Positions 25,731 to 38,993 of a DNA stretch of 64,000 nucleotides are shown one piece after another. Position numbers and translations under genes: made by a program. The DNA lies in contig NEEC01000008.1 in NCBI GenBank assembly GCA_002189035.1, positions 682,001 through 746,000 on the forward strand, given 5' to 3'. The notes below the pieces were generated by a model, which was not told where the DNA came from, did no database searches, and was given only the letters and a program-made list of their open reading frames with translations. Position 1 is the first letter of the stretch, and each line of letters starts with the position of its first letter. The DNA is from Utricularia gibba (lineage: Eukaryota > Plantae > Magnoliophyta).

Positions 25731-28700
25731 ATGGCGGAAAATAGCACAACCACCAACCCTGTCCATGACGGAAGCACCAGCGCACAAGACCTTGGCCTTA
25801 TGATCACCAGCAGGGAACAGCTAAAGGCCCTTCTAACGGAAATCCTCACCGATTTCAGGACACCTTCGAGCCTCAACTCCAACTCCCAGGAGGGGACACT
25901 CGAAACCGCACCACGAGCGGAGAAGCAACCCCCGGTTTCGGAATACCCCTCAGACATAGAGACTGAGTTCGAAACTGAAGAGGAGATACTATGAAGGAAA
26001 AGGCATAACCAAGTCATATATGAGCCAGGAACTGATAGGGAAAACATGACTAGCGAAATCTTGGAAAAAAGAGAAGAAGAGCTGAAGGGAGAGTTAGACC
26101 AGATTCGTGAGAGGAGAAGACTTATCGACAAACGGATGTCGTCATGGAGAAGAGAGGATAGGGGCTTCAGGGATCTTTTCAATCAGAACGTATCCACCGG
26201 GAGAGGGGACGTTCTGGCTGATATTGCTCTGGCCTTGAAGAATGGAGTTGAGGGAGCAGCTGGGACTACAGCGCTGCGCTTTGACCCTTTCTCGGACGAT
26301 TTAGTCGAGGAAGAACCCGAGAGATGATTCAGAGTCCCGGACGGGTTACCCACGTATGATGGAAAAGGGGACCCCATATCACACGTAACCGACTTCAATA
26401 TGAGGATGTCCACGGTTCGACATTCAAAAGCCATGAAGTGTAAGCTGTTCGCTTGCTCGCTCCAAAAGGGAGCAAAGACTTGGTTTAAACAGTTAGAACC
26501 ATGCAGTGTGGCATCCTATCGGGAGTTAGTGCTGCTCTTCACTACCTGATACGCCGTCAACATCGAAGCTCCACCTTCAAAAGCAGCACTGTACTCGAAA
26601 AGAGAGTTTGAGAAGATTTGTCGACCGATTTAATTGCCAAGCGCAAGATGTCCAGCTGGATTTAAAGAAAAGGGTGGAGATAATGAAGCGGGCCTTGAGA
26701 ACATCGAAGTTAGGGCAGAGTCTATCTAAATCCCCCCGAAAAACCTCGGGGAATTGCTAAGGAAAATCATGAAGTACATCTGGGTGGATGATGACCTCAG
26801 GGCCGAAATGCAGAGCCGTGTTGAGATCCCTCCGGCCCCGCAGCAAGAAATGCAGCCTATTCGGGCCAACCAGCCGAATAAACGCCGTGAAGTATATCAC
26901 GTGGAACAGACCAAAACGAATGCCTATTGTGAGATACACAAAACAATAGGGCACAATACGGCCGATTGTCGAATAATGAAAAGGTTGATTGAACAATATC
27001 ATGCCAACGGGGGAACAAACAACACGATACGGAACCCTACGCAAGCGACGGAAAGAAAAAGGGGACGTAATGAGCGTCTGAGGAGTGAGGGTAACCGATA
27101 TCCGAAGTTCCCCCCAAAACCAGTGAGGGAAAATCCGAGAACCAACAGGGAACCGAGTCCCGAAGGAAGACAAGACATACCGGAAAGTTCAAGGAACGCT
27201 CATCAAATACAGGGTAGTCCCCCTCTATTCGGGAAATCCATGTGATATCCGGAGGAACCGAGATAGATGCATCAGGAAAAGCACGGAAGAGATATTTGGA
27301 CGAAACCAGAAGAGGAGAAGTTTTCGAGATCGGGAGTGGTCCGAATGAGAAAGCCGCTTGGGAAAAGGAAGAGGTCAGTTTCTCCGATAGAGACATTCCG
27401 GTAAACCCAGCCACAAGAAACGAGCCTTTGGTGGTATCAGGAATATGCAGGAGCACCAAAGTAAGGAGGATTCTTATTGATCAAGGATCCTCGTGCAACA
27501 TCATGAAGAAGGAAGTAGCCGAGTTACTGGCGTCATCCAAAGAGGGAAATATTCGCCATGCGCGCATGGAATTATACGCATTCGACCAGTGGGCCGTGCA
27601 AACTACTTTTTTGGAAAATAACTCTGCCCGTAACATTCGGATTGGCAGGGCGGAGCCAAACCGAGAGGTTGGAATTCTTGATCCTGGATTCGGAGGTCTC
27701 ATACAACATCATTCTCGGGCAACCCGGCATCAACCAATTCGGTATGTTACCCTCTACTGTACATTTGAAAATTAAATTTCCGACATTGAGGGGCATCTGC
27801 ACGATGGACATTGACCAACCAACCACCCGGTCCTGTTATGTATCTTCCTGCTGGGACCCCTGCACGAAAAAGCCGAGGGTGATGTATGTAGAAGGAGAAC
27901 CCCAGGAACCTCCCAGACAAGCAATGGAACCGGTGAGGTATAAGTCTATGCAACTAATGCCAGGAAATGCGCAGAAGGCAACCCGCATTGGGGTATATTT
28001 TTGCCTGGACTGCTGCAGACTTTGTAGGTATTGATCGATCCATCGTTGAGCATCACATTGATACCTACCCGGGAGCAAAACCGATTCGACAGAAGCAGCG
28101 GCATTTCTCCGAGGAAAAGTGCCGAATCATCAAAGAAAAAACGAGGGAGCTCCTGGAAGCTGGTTACGTGAGGGAGATCCAGTACTCCGAGTGGGTAGTT
28201 AACCCAGTCGTCGTCCCAAAGCCCGGGGGAAAATGGAGAATGTGCGTTAACTTCACCGACCTCAACGCCTGCTGCGAAAGAGATCCTTACCCCTTGCCAA
28301 AGATTGATAAGCTGGTGGACGCCATTGCCAGATCCCGATTCCTGAGCAACATGGATGCCTATTTGGGGTATCATCAAATCTTTGTTGCCGAAAAGGACTA
28401 ACCAAAAACCACCTTCTACACCAAGGATGGGGCTTTTTGCTATGTGACGATGCCCTTCGGTTTGAAGAATGCTGGGGCAACATATCAGAGGTTGGTGAAT
28501 AAGATCTTCTCTTCTGAAATCGGTACCTCGATGGAGGTTTATGTGGACGATATGATCGTGAAATATATGAATGAAGAAGACCATTTAGCGTATTTGGACT
28601 CTTTTTTCTCTCTATGTCGCACGTACGGGTTAATGCTCAACCCGCTGAAATGTTGCTTCAGGGTACAGAGTGGAAAATTCCTTGGCCATTATGTATCGGA

Positions 28701-31042
28701 GAGAGGAATCGAAGCAGACCTCGAGAGGATTAAGGTAATATGCGAAATGCAACCCCAAGGACAATCAAGGAGTACCAGAGTCTCACGGGTAAATTGGCTG
28801 CCCTCAGCCGATTCATCTCTCGGTCTGCCGACAAGTCGGCATTTTTCTTCAAGGCCTTGCGAAAGGGAAATACTTTAGAATGGAATGAGGATTGCCGGAT
28901 TGCCTTTGAGAAGCTCAAAGAATATCTCTCATCACCCCTGCTTCTTGTAGCTCCGAAGGAAGGGGAACCCCTAGGACTATATCTATCCATATGATCTGTT
29001 GCGGTCAGCGCGGTTTTGACAACCATCTCGGTAGAGAAACACTTGCCGGTTTATTATGTGAGCAAGGTCCTATTACCGGCCGAAACCCGGTATACGGTGA
29101 CAGAAAAATTCATTTTGGCACTAAAGATGGCGGCCACCAAGTTAAGGTCATATTACCAAGATCGGTACATTGTGGTATTCACAAATCAGCCTCTAAAGAA
29201 TATCCTATCTTGACCAGAGATTTCCGGAAGGGTTGCCAAGTGGGCGGTCGAATTGAGTACAATGGATATTGAATTTAAGTCGAGAACAGTGATCAACGCC
29301 CAACCTCTCGCCGATTTTGTGGTCGAAATGACCAGACCTATTGATCGTTTCGTAGAGACCAACGACCGATGGACAATGCACATCGACGGCTCCACATACA
29401 ACGGGGCCGGTGGGGGAATTGATATCCAAACTCTAGACGGAGAACATATCTACATCACGGTGAAGTTCCTATTCCCCGCCTCAAACAATGTAGCCGAATA
29501 TGAGGCCTTGGTCGAAGGGATGAAAATCGCCAGGGAGCTTGGTGTTGCAGAGCTCGACGTTTATACGGACTCACGGCTAGTATAAGGACAGTATTCGGAT
29601 GACTATGAAACCCACGACCCCTTGATGGCTCTGTATTGCGCAGAGCTTGGCTTTGTCGCATGTCGCACGCAAGGAAAATGGAACTGCGAACAGTCTCGCC
29701 AGATTTGCAGCGGGTTTTCCGAGATTAAAGGAAGAGAGTGTGACAATCCAATTGAGGGATTAGCCTTCGGTAACCTTGCGGGCGGTGAATCATATCACCC
29801 AACGATTAGGAAACGACATCTCTCCGCAGTTGAGCCTCCTTGAAGATTGGACATCACCCTACATCTGATACCTGCAGAACGGAAAAAATCCTCCCGGTAA
29901 AGCGGAAGCCCGACAACTGGAGATTAAGGCAAAGAGATATACACTGGTAAACGGAATTCTCTACCGAAAATCGTTAGATGGACCCCTATTGAGGTGTATC
30001 GGGACAAAGCACTCTCAAGAACTTATAACCGATCTGCATGAAGGGGAATGCGGCAGCCACATCGAGATACGATCCTTGTGTAGAAAAGCTTTGAGAACCG
30101 GATATTATTGGCCAACTATGAAGCGGGATATTACCGAAATGGTGAAGAAGTGCAAAGTATGCCAATACCATGCAAGTATACCAAGAAAACCGGTAAACGG
30201 CCTGACCTCTCTTCCATTCTCATGCCCGTTCGATCGGTAGGGAGTGGATATTATAGGGTCGTTCCCCCAAACCTCAGGCCAAAGGAAATTTGTCATCGTA
30301 ATAGTCGGATATTTCTCCAAATGGGTAGAGGCTAAAGCCGTGGCAAAAATATCAGAGGAGACCGTTATTCGGGATTCCTCAAGAACTAGTGACCGATAAT
30401 GGAACCCAATTCGCTGGAGGAAGAATGGATGCATTCCTGGATAAATATTCGGTCAAGCACAACTTCACTTCGGTGTATCACCCGCAGAGCAATGGTCTCA
30501 CGGAGATAACAAACCGAACGCTCAGACTAGGTTTGAAGACTAAGCTTGAGGATTTCGGAGGGTCATGGGCAGCTCGCTTGGAGGTGATGCTGTGATCATA
30601 TTGCACCACCCCTCGAACCACCATGGAAGAGTCTCCTTTCTTATTGGTTTACGGTTCAGAAGCCGTATGCCTGATTGAACTAACCCTGAAAAGCTACCAG
30701 GTGGAGCACTACAATGAAGAGGAAAATGCTGACCTGCGAAAACTGGAGTTGGAGTTGTTGGAAGAAAAACGACAAAGCGTCTATAACCGACTAGGGGCTT
30801 ATCAGAAAAGAACAGAGAGGAGTTACAACAAGTCGGTATACCCAAGGGAATTCTCCGAAGGAGATTTGGTGCTCCGAAGTATCCAACCACAGAGACATGT
30901 TGGGAAATTAAACCGTAATTGGGAAGGCCCTTATCGGATTTCGAGGGTGATCGGAAAAGGAGCGTATCGTCTAGAACAGTTAGATGGCGTGGAATTCCCA
31001 AGGTCGTGGAATGCGTCACACCTAAGGAAATTCTACACCTAA
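25731..31042 (+). pseudogene. Gypsy gag-pol, fragmented
   Basis: CEIHKTIGHNTADC; protease RILIDQGSSCN; RT KWRMCVNFTDLN, MPFGLKNAGATYQR, YVDDMI; second RNase H WTMHIDGS..SNNVAEYEAL; integrase TDNGTQF, HPQSNGLTE, NWEGPYRI. Stops and frameshifts throughout. Confidence 0.93.
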
Positions 31043-31936
31043 CTGGCTCAATATCAATCTCCATCACAGGTTTGTCCAGAATTCGGTATTCTCTTCCTCA
31101 AAACACTCAAGCATCTATAAATTCCTCTAAAGTGGAGATGAGTAAACAAGATCATAAGCCTGGCGATGTCACGTAAGCCCAGGCAAATCTCCTAAGTCTG
31201 CACCCCCTGTTGGACGCAGCGAATTAACTCGGGGTTTCCTCTAATGTATATGTGGCCTCCTAAACCCAAGCGCCAGTGACAAGGGTAAGCCCTGGTACAA
31301 TTCGGGCACTGGTTTCCTCAAACCGCATGCGTAAGCCCCGAAAAGTCCTTAAGTACTCACCTTATTGCCAAGATCTCGAGACGGTAAGAGCACCCAAAGC
31401 GAATCCTCCCATGTTTCAAAACAATGGGGTTTCAGCCAGAAGAAGGCCCAGTCGGATTGGGGAAGTTGCTCAACCCATGAGGGGTTCTGATCCACTTCCC
31501 TAGCAGCGGTTCAGCTCGCATAAGGAAATACTAAGGCAAACTGAAATTAAAAAGTCCAACTAGAAGGTTGGCAAAAGAACACCTACCCTCCGGGCCACAA
31601 TAGCCTGGGCGAAAACCTTCTAAGGCTAAGTCCCACCATGGGAACACCAAATTGACTTGGGGCTTCCCCCGAAAAGTGGCAAGCCCTGGTACAAGCCTTG
31701 GTCACTTTCTTAAACCATCTGCGTAAGCCCCGAAAAGGCCCCTCGAAGTGGCCCCGACAAAGTAAAATTCTCATTATTAGACCTTGAAGTGGCGAACACA
31801 CCCCAAGCAAGACAACCAATAATGAAAAAAGCGATATGCAAAAACTGAATAAACTAAAGAAGGAAGTCTCGAACCAACGTTTCAAGAAGTACAAAACCCT
31901 GAAACTAGGGGTAAAAACATCAGTTTCAGAGAAGAG

Positions 31937-33430
31937 TTAGGATTCGGGAACGGGATCAGTCGCGGGGCCGACATGCCCTTCCATTCTTGCCCTCAGCTTG
32001 GCATCATTTTCTCGCCCGATTCTAGCGCGAATAAGAGCTATGAGGCGCTCCCTATCAGCCTCAAAACCGAACTTCGGGGCTTGGTACATGTCTGCAATCG
32101 CATCCAGCATGTTTTCGTCCTTCTTCAGAGGATCCACCCTGTCAAAACGCGGATCCATGATCGACAGCCCGAACTCCTGGCTGATTTGATGCCTTTGCTG
32201 GTACAAGAGAAGGCCGATTAAGTCCTCGGCATAAATATCAGATAACTCGGAAAAGCAGGCCAAGTTCACGAAGTCCTCCAAAAGTCTCCCGCGAGATGCC
32301 TCCTGGTTGAGCAGCTCTGCCTCCAGGGCTAAAACACGATCCTTGGCTTGTTTCAACTCTGTCTCAGCCTCTTCAAGTTGCACTTTGAAACCTTCCTTCT
32401 CGGAGTTGGCGTCATCAATTGCCTTCCCCGTTTCACTAACCAGGTTCTGTAACTCTTCTCGGCGGGTATGCTTCCCGAGCATACTTCTCAATGCGCTCCC
32501 TTCCTCCCACATTGACTTTATCTTGGCATCTTGAGCCGCGATTTGAGCTTGAAGCCGAGAAACTTCCTCTGAATGGGACCCCATTTCCTTGGCCATCCCC
32601 CATCAGAATGTCAAAGCCTAGGACAAAATCAGCAAGTGAGGAACCAGATATATATGATTCCAAAAGAGAGAGAGAATACCTGCCAAATCCCTTTAAGTAC
32701 AATTTCCGGCTGAACTCCCAAAAGATTCGGGGTAGCCTCTTCTAAGGCTCTTCGCAGCTCTGAGGGGACCGAAGAGGGGGGAAGAGTAGGATCCTCCCTT
32801 ACCTGAATTGGAGGAGTGGAAATCCCCCTGCATTACTCGGAGGGATCGATGTGGAAGCACCGGCCAAAATAAATCCAGTGCCGGGAATGGAATCTTCACT
32901 GGATATCGGTGAGGGGGAAGCCTTTCTTTTCCTTTTCCCGACGGGGAGGAGTCGCTTCCCGAGTCCCGGAAACCTCAACCAATTGATCCTCCAGAAGGTG
33001 ACCGGCAGCATCTGAGTGAGCTGAGGGTGAATCGGCCTAGGAGAAAGTTAAAAGGTTAGAATCAGAGACTCCTAGCAATGGGCCACCAGAAGTCAGACAA
33101 ACCTATGCAGAAGGAGCCGCATCCAATTCCTGCATTCGGCGCATCTCAGCAGAAAAGCGCGCCATCACCGTATCCTCCAAAGCGTTCTGTCGAGCCATCT
33201 TTTCAACTGCATATCAAAGCCAAAAAAATGGTGAAACGCGATAAAGAAATTACAGGATAGGGAAGCAGAACATGGCTACCTCTTTGCTTTTTAGGAGGTC
33301 CCTGCGCAGAAACCTTAACCCTTTTTCTCTTGTTTTGGGTTAAAGGCCGAGTAGAGGACTCGGGGGCCGGATCAGAGGGAAGAGGGGATACCGGATCAGA
33401 GGTAGGGAGTGCAGCCGAGTCAGAAGGAAT
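31937..33430 (-). pseudogene. Antisense accessory ORF(s) of the Tat element, apparently intron-containing, with coiled-coil C-terminus
   Basis: 219-aa coiled-coil-rich ORF at 31937-32596. Upstream pieces PSELRRALEEATPNLLGVQPEIVLKGIWQ and GKRKRKASPSP. GT-AG intron candidate at about 32619-32679. Confidence 0.65.
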
Positions 33431-33999
33431 ATTATGTAGAGCCCCATCGGACATCGATTTTACCCACAACATATTGATTTTTAAGTTAATGAACTTATAA
33501 GTCAATTATAAATATATAATGTTTGTTTTGATGTATATATTAAAAACTTAAAAATTAAATTATTTGAATTTGGATATCTTAACTTATTACTATGTTAAAT
33601 AATATTTTACCCCTTATTATTAACTAATATTAAATATGAATATGATTGAAACCCTAAGATAAATATGAACAATTTTTTGATTTAAATAGGTATAATAAAT
33701 ATAGATATTTTGGTAATTAGAATACTTCAATTGATTTCAAAAGAAAAATAGATACGTTTTTTCTACTTATAAACTTAAATTATAAATAACCTAAAAACAT
33801 TTGTTTAAAATCCTTTATAAGTAATAAATAAAATACTTATACAAATTATAAGTAATTTATAATCAATTAAAATAACTTACGAACAATACAAAACATTCCT
33901 TTTATTTGATAACTGTTCCGTAAATGAGCCCGATGAACAGCCCAGATAAACATAATCAAGGAAAACCAATTACAACTGCACATGGTGCTGCTCCAACAG

Positions 34000-35727
34000 T
34001 TACATCATCCCAGAAACATAGGGTACCCCAGCTCTCCGGATCCACTGGTCACCGCCGTAAGCTCTTCCAGGGGTAAAGGATGCAGCAGTCTGTGCTGTGA
34101 TGTGCTTGATCCCCGCCCACTTAACGCGATGAGCAGTGTTGGATCCAGGCCCGCGGTTCATGTACTCTGCATAATACAGTGTATCCAGTGCGAAGTTTCC
34201 AGACCATGGGAACCAACCCTGGGGCGAGATGGAGCCGCCGATGTAGGACTGCATGATGATCGTCCTCGAGTAGATTTTCCATGGGCGTCCCAGATAAGCA
34301 TCGTGCGAGGGTCTGGCATTGATGAAGGCTGGGTCTGACCTGATTTCTCCGTTCTGGATTACTATGACACCATTACTTTTTCTATCCTCGCGACCTTGGG
34401 CTGTCACCATGCAAGACTGCCCTCCCATGGGTTTACGGACGACGAACTGGCAGCTCTGGAAGATGGAGAGAGCATTGCCGAAAACGAAGTCGACGGTACC
34501 GGTGGTGCGACAGTTGCGGTAGAACTGACGGCCGGTGTGTGCGTAGAGAGTATCCTGATACCCGTCCATGTGAACGTTGAAGAAGACACCCAAGTCTCCT
34601 GATGCGCGGAGGGCCACAGCCTGTTCCCCCTCTGGTCCTGCTGTGTTCTCGAAGGCGATGTCCTTGGCCATGAAACCATCCCCATCCACGCCTTTACCAG
34701 CACACAGAAAAGTAGGCTCACGTCATCTCGTAATACTACCAGACAGATGGATATGACAAAACTTACAGACGGTGCAGGATTGGAAGGTCTTGACACCTCC
34801 GGCATAGCACTTCCGACCGGTGACTCTAGTCCTTGTGGGTCCATCTCCTACCAAGACAATGTTGTTCTTTCCTTTGGGAACACTTACGTATTCTTTGTAT
34901 AATCCGGCCTTGACATGAATGACGAATGGAGTAGTGCTCTTAGCAGGGACAGAGTTAATTGCAGCATTGATGCTCCTGAACTTCCCGCTTCCATCAAGCG
35001 CAACCACGACACTTGGGGCGCCCGCCAACATCCTCATCTTGTGCCTGACCCATTCCGGTTCCTCCATTGATAGAAGCTTTCTGTTATTAGTCACGTTTCC
35101 ATTTATAACACCAGTTCCAATCTGCAACTGTCCCAGAATAGAGGAAAGATCAGTCACCATGGCCAAACTATTGCTAGACAACTCTCTCGCTGTTTTCAAA
35201 AGGTTTTTCATCTTCTCTGCTATCTCAGTTGAAGTGGTGTTATCGAATGCATCAGTGCACGTTTCCTCGTTTGTTACCACCCCACTAAGCCAAGTCCGTA
35301 GATCCTCAACATATTCACCAATCTTGCTCTCATCCAACTCTCCCAACTTGTCAAAAGATCTTCTGAGATCATAAATAGCAACATCCAGAACATCTTGGCA
35401 GACAAAAAGTGCGTCCTTGGTGCTGTTATCCTTGGCCGCCTGTTGGAGGAGTGTTGAGTTCTTGAGAACATCCCCAATGGCTTGGATGGTGACTTCAAAC
35501 CCGAGCTTGATGAGCTCCTTAGGGTCTGTGGTGTTGGCACTCGACAGGCTCCTCTCACATGTCTCTCTGTAGTCTGTTGAGGAACAAAGGGCCTGTACTG
35601 CCTTATTGGATGTGGCTGGCGAATCAGCCTCAGAATTCTTTTTCGTGACGGTAATAGCAATGGCAACCACCATAGCCACCACTAGGATGGAGGCCAGACC
35701 TGCAATTACTACCTTATTTCCTGCCAT
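34000..35727 (-). CDS. Pectin methylesterase with N-terminal TM anchor and PMEI pro-domain (550 aa)
   Basis: Exons 34767-35727 and 34000-34691 (1653 nt, in phase). PMEI cysteines, RKLL processing site, and QAVALR, GYQDTLY, GTVDFVFG, YLGRPWK. Confidence 0.95.
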
Positions 35728-35915
35728 TTTCCTCGAAGAGTCAGCTCCGTTTGAGTTCCCAGGTGGCTCTCCTGGATCACAATTTATAGCTGCCAAAACT
35801 ATAATTAGACGATCAGCAAGAATCACAAGCTACCCGCTTCGAATGGAATCCTCAATGGCTATTAACCAACATCCATAAAAAGCTAATGGACAACCATACA
35901 TTCAAACCGTCCGTC

Positions 35916-35960
35916 CATCTTCATCTTCATCTTCATCTTCATCTTCATCTTCATCTTCAT
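35916..35960. repeat. (CATCTT)7.5 microsatellite upstream of the PME gene
   Basis: Perfect hexamer tandem seen directly. Confidence 0.95.
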
Positions 35961-36846
35961 TGGAAGTATGAACCTAAAAGAGCTCCCCTCCTAGAGTCCA
36001 GTAAAGGTGATGTCCACAGCATCTTCACTTTGCACCTTCAAGATGAAAAAGCTCAAGTCGTTGCGCCTGGGACTCCTCCCGGTTTTCAGGAGGCATATCT
36101 CAGTGATTGTCACTATATTCGTTTCAAAAGACCTCTCTTTCTCTCTCTTTCCGAATCCTTTTTTCTTGAATAACCTCTTCTTCCTCATTGGCACGAGCTA
36201 GGCTAGCTGAGCATCCCATTTTTCCCCGATTACCATGGCCGGTATCGGTGCCGTGATTGCAGTGACATAAGTTGCTAGCCGATGCTCACCCACCTCATGA
36301 TCGGGAGGTCGAGAACGGATTAATGTATCAATTCTACGTAAAAGTCCTGCGCACAGCCGGGAAGAGGCTACTGGAGATGCTTGTGTTACTTGGTGAATGG
36401 AACTAACAACGGGTATTTGGGGAGCGTGGCCGGCGGCAACAGGGAAACCACTGAAATCCGGAGTATCAAGTTACTGACACCCTCTGCGAGCTGAATGTAA
36501 AGGTTTCCGGTCTGCCATGGCAGTATCTGAATTAAACTTCAAACTTCAGGGAGTCTGGGTGTATACTAAAGCTAAGAGTTTTCTGGAATTAGGAATCATT
36601 TTGAATCAAACCAATTTCAAAACGACAAGCAATACCAGAAATCAGAAAGAACTTTAATGTTTTACATTTCAAATCAAAGAACCTGATTCTCTTATGAGCT
36701 TGGCCTGCATCAGGCCAAAGCCGAGGTACCAGTGTCAATGGATTTCAAATCCATATGCTTAATTCAACAGAATAACGTGTGAAAACAAGGAAAGAAGAGA
36801 GCTCAACATGCAATGCAGTGTACCCTCAAACCACTGATGCACACAT

Positions 36847-38473
36847 TCAATTTCTATTTGCCTTGCTACGTCGTGCAACCTCAAACTGCACATCCAGAAA
36901 GCCAGTTATTCCAGCTTCAATCTTTTGGCCGGCCCTAACTGGACCAACCCCAGAAGGAGTGCCTGCCAAACACCCAACATTTCTCACTCTTTCAACACCT
37001 CAAAAAAATAATAATGCCCAAACTGAGGTTTATAGTAGGTTGACACTCATGTTTTTATAGTAAGAAAGACATTAGTGTCAAGCCACCGCCCCAAAGCATG
37101 CACTAGGAAAATCTCCGTACTTGCATCTACAGAACGACCCCATTACCTGTCAGAATGACGTCCCCTTCAACAAGGGTAAACATGGAACTGATGTGGCTAA
37201 TCAAGAATGGGATGCTAAATATCATATCACTTGTAGATCCCTTCTGCTTCATCTCCCCATCAACCTACTAATGAAGCTACAATAAAATATCAAGAAAGGC
37301 AGTACAGCATAAAGAAAGAGACTGCCGTTACCTTCAACCATAGCTCCACATTGTGAGGGTCTGTCAACCTACATTTGGGTAGCTGAAGCAACATAGGGAA
37401 ACTAAACCATAAGCATGTTACAAGAAACATGGAAAAAACTTATGTGGAAAAAGAAAACAAGGATTCAAGAGAAAATTCATGTCTTCCAAGAATCTTTCAA
37501 GGAGCTTCAAAATTTACTGCAACAGAGGTACAAACAACCATACTTACAATAGAGCTGATAGGAGTGAAGGTGTCTTGACCCTTAGCCACAGACCAAGGAA
37601 GTCCTGCAGACTTCGAAACCAAATATAAAATGATGAGGTAGAAGAGCATGCAACCGACCGTAAGAGAGGGGAATAAGAAGGGAAAAAAAGATCTTTTTTG
37701 TGAACCATCATTTCAGGGGATAAAAAATTTCTTTACAAAAGAAAAGAATCCTTTAAAATCCGAGAAAAGCATGTTTATGCACACGAAATGTGCATATACA
37801 CTGCAGTAACTGCTAGTCTCTATGAAAAATTGCACACACCTTGGCAGCCGACTGGATCTCCCTTGCAGTCATATCCAAAGCAAGAGCATAACCTAGCATT
37901 TGCAAAGGCGCATCACCAATTGAAGAAAGAAAAAGCAGGATGTTTTCTTTTCCTTAAGAATTCTAGAAATAAGAATAATTAACGATGTTCCAGAACTCCA
38001 AAATCAAAGAGCATGGGGCAACCCTATATGATCCCGTTGCCACAACACGAGTATAGCTTGACACATGAATTGCAGATCAATACGGGACAACAGCTATTTC
38101 AATTAATGTAAAACATCTCCAGTCACCTCCAACATAGTCCATGGCCGTTGCTTCCGGCACATCCCGACCTCGTCTACCAATGACCACCGCTAACTCAACC
38201 TCATGATCCAGGAACTCCAGCGGCTCAGGAATCTCAATAGTGCCACCGTTCTCTAGATACGAGGTCGTCGGTTTCAGAAACAAAACGGGCTCCTTCAAGA
38301 CAAACGATCAGCCAACATCCAAAAAAGACAGACTTTCTTACGTAATAGATTGACAGTACTTTAGGGACAGCATTTCCCAGTTCCTTCGCGTGCGCCGCGT
38401 AGTTTCGGCCTACGGCGATGATCTTGGTGCCGATGGTCAGAAGTTTCTGCGCCGCAGACGTTGCGGTAGCCAT
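36847..38473 (-). CDS. FAHD1: Fumarylacetoacetate hydrolase domain protein (acylpyruvase / oxaloacetate decarboxylase)
   Basis: Seven in-phase GT-AG exons: 38360-38473, 38127-38292, 37840-37892, 37548-37610, 37332-37382, 37147-37264, 36847-36962. Motifs VGRNYAAHAKELGN, EPVLFLKP, DHEVELAVVIG, KGQDTFTP, GDVILTGTPSGVG. An in-frame upstream ATG lies at 38557. Confidence 0.93.
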
Positions 38474-38993
38474 TTTTGTCAAAACTGGAGTTCTTACAAG
38501 CCTAGCCCCGGAGCTGAGCGGCGGCGGCACAAAAGGCAAAAATTGTTGTGCCTGCATAAAATTGGAGAAGAAATCCCCCGATTGGCAGCTTTTCACTTGG
38601 ACAGAAATAAGAAAAGAATATTAAATTAAAATTAAAATTAAAATTATTTTTTTTCTGATTAAAATTTAATTCGTATTTAATCTCCAAATTAAATCCGGGT
38701 TTGCTCTCAGCATCATAAACCCTAGAAAGAATATTTTTTTGGCAGGGTTTTGTGGTATGTTGATGGGGGTAAAACCACCCGGGCGACACTGCAAGACGCC
38801 ACCTTTTCTCTGCAAGATTCCTTTTTTCATCGTTAGATCTTTCTCTCAAAGTGCCCATGTAGAATCTCCGTCCGTTCCTGTGATCTATCCGCTTGCCAAA
38901 TAGCGTGAATAATACTGAGACTTGTTGTGACTCCTACTAATTGCTAGGAAGGAACAATTTTCGTTTGTTAAACCTTTTGCTTCTTCTGAGAAA
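38474..38993. promoter_or_regulatory. Putative bidirectional promoter between FAHD1 and DHODH
   Basis: Divergent start codons about 520 bp apart. Telo-box AAACCCTA at 38717-38724. Confidence 0.55.

Larger units (their letters stand above)
25151..33471 (+). mobile_element. Ty3/Gypsy Tat-lineage (Retand-like) LTR retrotransposon, degenerate
   Basis: TSD TATTG at 25146-25150 and 33472-33476, TG start and CA end. tRNA-Lys PBS, gag-PR-RT-RH-second RNase H-INT, long 3' region with antisense ORF. Confidence 0.93.

Noticed and set aside
36700-36718. Perfect 8-bp hairpin TTGGCCTG-CAT-CAGGCCAA downstream of FAHD1
   Set aside because: Short enough to occur by chance in 64 kb, with no supporting context.
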